IMG/VR virus record: IMGVR_UViG_3300025122_000115
Location: 1-27,817 of that record
Direction: 5' to 3' (one strand)
Source of the DNA: a virus
Taxonomy: Duplodnaviria > Caudoviricetes
DNA: 27,817 bases
Shown: positions 26,000 to 27,817 of the stretch, piece after piece
Numbering within the stretch: position 1 is the first letter of the stretch
Layout: each line of letters opens with the position of its first letter
The notes under the pieces: model-generated
Told to the model about the DNA's origin: nothing
Seen by the model: the letters and a program-made list of their open reading frames with translations, nothing else
The model's database searches: none
Made by a program: the position numbers and the translations under genes

Positions 26000-27817
26000 T
26001 TACGGTAGTTCAATCCAGGTATTATCAGGATTAAAATAAATAAGATTTGCCACGGGTGTTCCATAGCCGATAACTCTTACAGTGTCACCTGCTGCTGAAG
26101 GTGCTATCCAGTCAATATGCCCAGCGTCTTCCGAGATATAACATGGCTGACCTATGAGATGGTGATCGCTAACAGATGCTGATGCCATATGAAAATATCC
26201 TCGTAGAAGTATGCCATCTTGTACCTCGCCACCGAGCGCGATTCCAAGGAGAGCACTGCTGCTTGCTACCAGATCTGCATCGGCAAGACACCAAGCACCA
26301 TCGTCCTGCATGCAGTATAGATAGCCAGCGACCAGCGCGTTGGCTCCAAGTGGACTTTCTGTTCCAAATGCCACAACCTCGCCACCGCCTGTTCCAAGTT
26401 TTAAGGAAGTTGGATTGTGATGAACGTTCATTCCCAGGCTGGCAGAAAAGGGCACTCCGACACCTACAGATCTGAGAACTTCAGCATCCCCGGCTTCCGT
26501 GACGGCAAAATTGTTTGACTGAAGCTGGAAAGTATTTGAACCACCATTTGCCGCAAGCGAGATATCGCCGTCAACAGTGAATGTCAAGTCGGCATCAGCA
26601 GCACTTTGGTCAGTAGTGGTGACTGTCATCGCTCCATTCGCGCCAACAGAGATTGTCCCATAGTCATTATTGTTTATTGATGACGACATTACGATGTCTG
26701 GGCTTCCGGCTGCATCGTCCATTAGAGTTTTAAGACCAATATTATAGTCGCCCCCTGATCCCGAGATATCGATGCCGATATTAATAATGGTGCCATCAGC
26801 CTCGGTCGATCCTATATCAATGTCTATGCCCTTCATGTATACTATGGATCCGGCATGATTACTGGCAGCATCGTGCATATCGATATCCAATCCGGTATAG
26901 GCAGCGACTGATCCATTTCCCATTGCACCATCTTTATCGAAATCATATGAGATGCCTACTGGTCCAACGGCTGTGGTGGCTGCATCGTTATGGTCAATCG
27001 CAATTACTTTTCCGTTGACTAAACTATCATCGGTCGTAATATTAATAATATCTGCATCGATATTAGCAGCTTGAATTGCAAGTGCGATTTGGTCGGTATC
27101 GTCGTTATCGATAAGGACGGCTGTTCGACCACCAGTGCTTCCTTGCTCGACCTCCAGTTGAGCAGCGGGGCTGCCCGTACCGATGCCCACGTTCCCGGAG
27201 GAACCCTCGACAAAAAGCGAGTTATCTTGGGATCCATCGGATCCAGAAGTATCAACCCGGAAGTCGTGATCCGCGTTTTGCGGGTTGACGTGGGTCTTGC
27301 TGGTCCCCCATGCCATGGACTTTACGCCGCCGACAAGATAATCGATGGCATCTCCGCCAGCAGTAAATCTTATATACGTGTTGCTGTCGCCGTTATGTCT
27401 TATCAACGCCTGTCCAGGTGTAGCTGAATCGGCCCCGATTCCAATATCACCAGCCACATCGAGTTCATAATCCGGTGTAGAGGTGCCAATGCCGACGTTG
27501 CCAGAAACAGCAAGATCGCCACTAGTCTTAATGCTATCTGCAAAAATCTCACCAGATCCCGAAATATTGCTTAGAAATTCTAAAGAACCAAGCCTAAGTG
27601 TACTAAGATCGGGGAATGGAACATCATAGGCAGTCCTGTCTGGACCAATCGCCCCGACTTTTCCTAGAACAAAGCTTGCAGAAGACTGATCCCATATTAA
27701 AGCTTGATTAACATTTCCACCAAGACCAAAGACAAATCCACGGTCGCCCACAGCACCAGTGTTGGCGCTAGCGGTTCCGAACCCAAGACCAATGATCGGA
27801 TCTTTTATAATTACATT
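26000..27817 (-). CDS. fibre-like virion protein, 5'-truncated by the window edge
   Basis: The frame stays open to 27817 (NVIIKDPIIGLGFGTASANTGAVGDRG...). It has two GNVGIGT fibre repeats, a beta-rich GxDID middle region, and a C-terminal LADAD...LLGIALG...GILLRG...VRVIGY domain. Confidence 0.75.
   Translation of the reverse strand, partial: NVIIKDPIIGLGFGTASANTGAVGDRGFVFGLGGNVNQALIWDQSSASFVLGKVGAIGPDRTAYDVPFPDLSTLRLGSLEFLSNISGSGEIFADSIKTSGDLAVSGNVGIGTSTPDYELDVAGDIGIGADSATPGQALIRHNGDSNTYIRFTAGGDAIDYLVGGVKSMAWGTSKTHVNPQNADHDFRVDTSGSDGSQDNSLFVEGSSGNVGIGTGSPAAQLEVEQGSTGGRTAVLIDNDDTDQIALAIQAANIDADIINITTDDSLVNGKVIAIDHNDAATTAVGPVGISYDFDKDGAMGNGSVAAYTGLDIDMHDAASNHAGSIVYMKGIDIDIGSTEADGTIINIGIDISGSGGDYNIGLKTLMDDAAGSPDIVMSSSINNNDYGTISVGANGAMTVTTTDQSAADADLTFTVDGDISLAANGGSNTFQLQSNNFAVTEAGDAEVLRSVGVGVPFSASLGMNVHHNPTSLKLGTGGGEVVAFGTESPLGANALVAGYLYCMQDDGAWCLADADLVASSSALLGIALGGEVQDGILLRGYFHMASASVSDHHLIGQPCYISEDAGHIDWIAPSAAGDTVRVIGYGTPVANLIYFNPDNTWIELP

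Noticed and set aside
906-27255. Short alternative-frame minus-strand ORFs nested in larger genes (for example 2676..3098, 8507..8746, 24889..25101)
   Set aside because: They are contained in stronger CDSs and show no motifs or evident SD.
31-27427. All plus-strand ORFs in the track (for example 9804..10241, 12689..13162, 24460..24873)
   Set aside because: Each lies antisense to a well-supported minus-strand gene and has no recognisable motif, so they are treated as shadow ORFs.
27749-27751. GTG start for the fibre protein
   Set aside because: The frame is open to the window edge, so the true start lies outside the window.
1-27817. Stop-codon reassignment, as seen in some large phages
   Set aside because: Genes are full length under the standard code, and TAA, TAG and TGA all end genes at sensible positions.
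1-27817. CRISPR array, tRNA, intron, intein, integrase or reverse transcriptase/DGR
   Set aside because: I saw no spaced repeats, cloverleafs or such motifs, and intergenic gaps are all under about 160 nt. This was by eye only.

Overview
The window is a 27.8 kb piece of a large tailed dsDNA phage with a contractile tail (distantly T4-like myovirus). Every credible gene is on the minus strand, tightly packed and read with the standard code. In transcription order (right to left) the structural block is: a 5'-truncated fibre-like protein, prohead scaffold, gp23-like major capsid protein, gp13/gp14/gp15-like neck and terminator proteins, a 1007-aa tail sheath, tail tube, a tail-assembly-chaperone pair joined by a U7 slippery site, a 108-aa unknown, tape measure protein, two paralogous tube-like baseplate proteins, a LysM/gp53-like protein, a 1054-aa hub-like protein and a 461-aa unknown. 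A replication/recombination block follows: a short family-A DNA polymerase overlapping a degenerate tubulin/FtsZ-like gene, a small membrane protein, gp32-like SSB, UvsX/RecA, a WxxGxW lipoprotein, a Zn-dependent deaminase, and the start of a stand-alone 5'-3' exonuclease that the ORF track missed. The most notable signals are the mini-PolA/tubulin coupling, a pseudoknot-like leader on the SSB mRNA, a probable +1 (or -2) frameshift, a repeated ACTAWWTA candidate late promoter, and [S/T]-[G/A]-S motif enrichment in virion proteins. All calls come from motifs recognised by eye; no database search was run.
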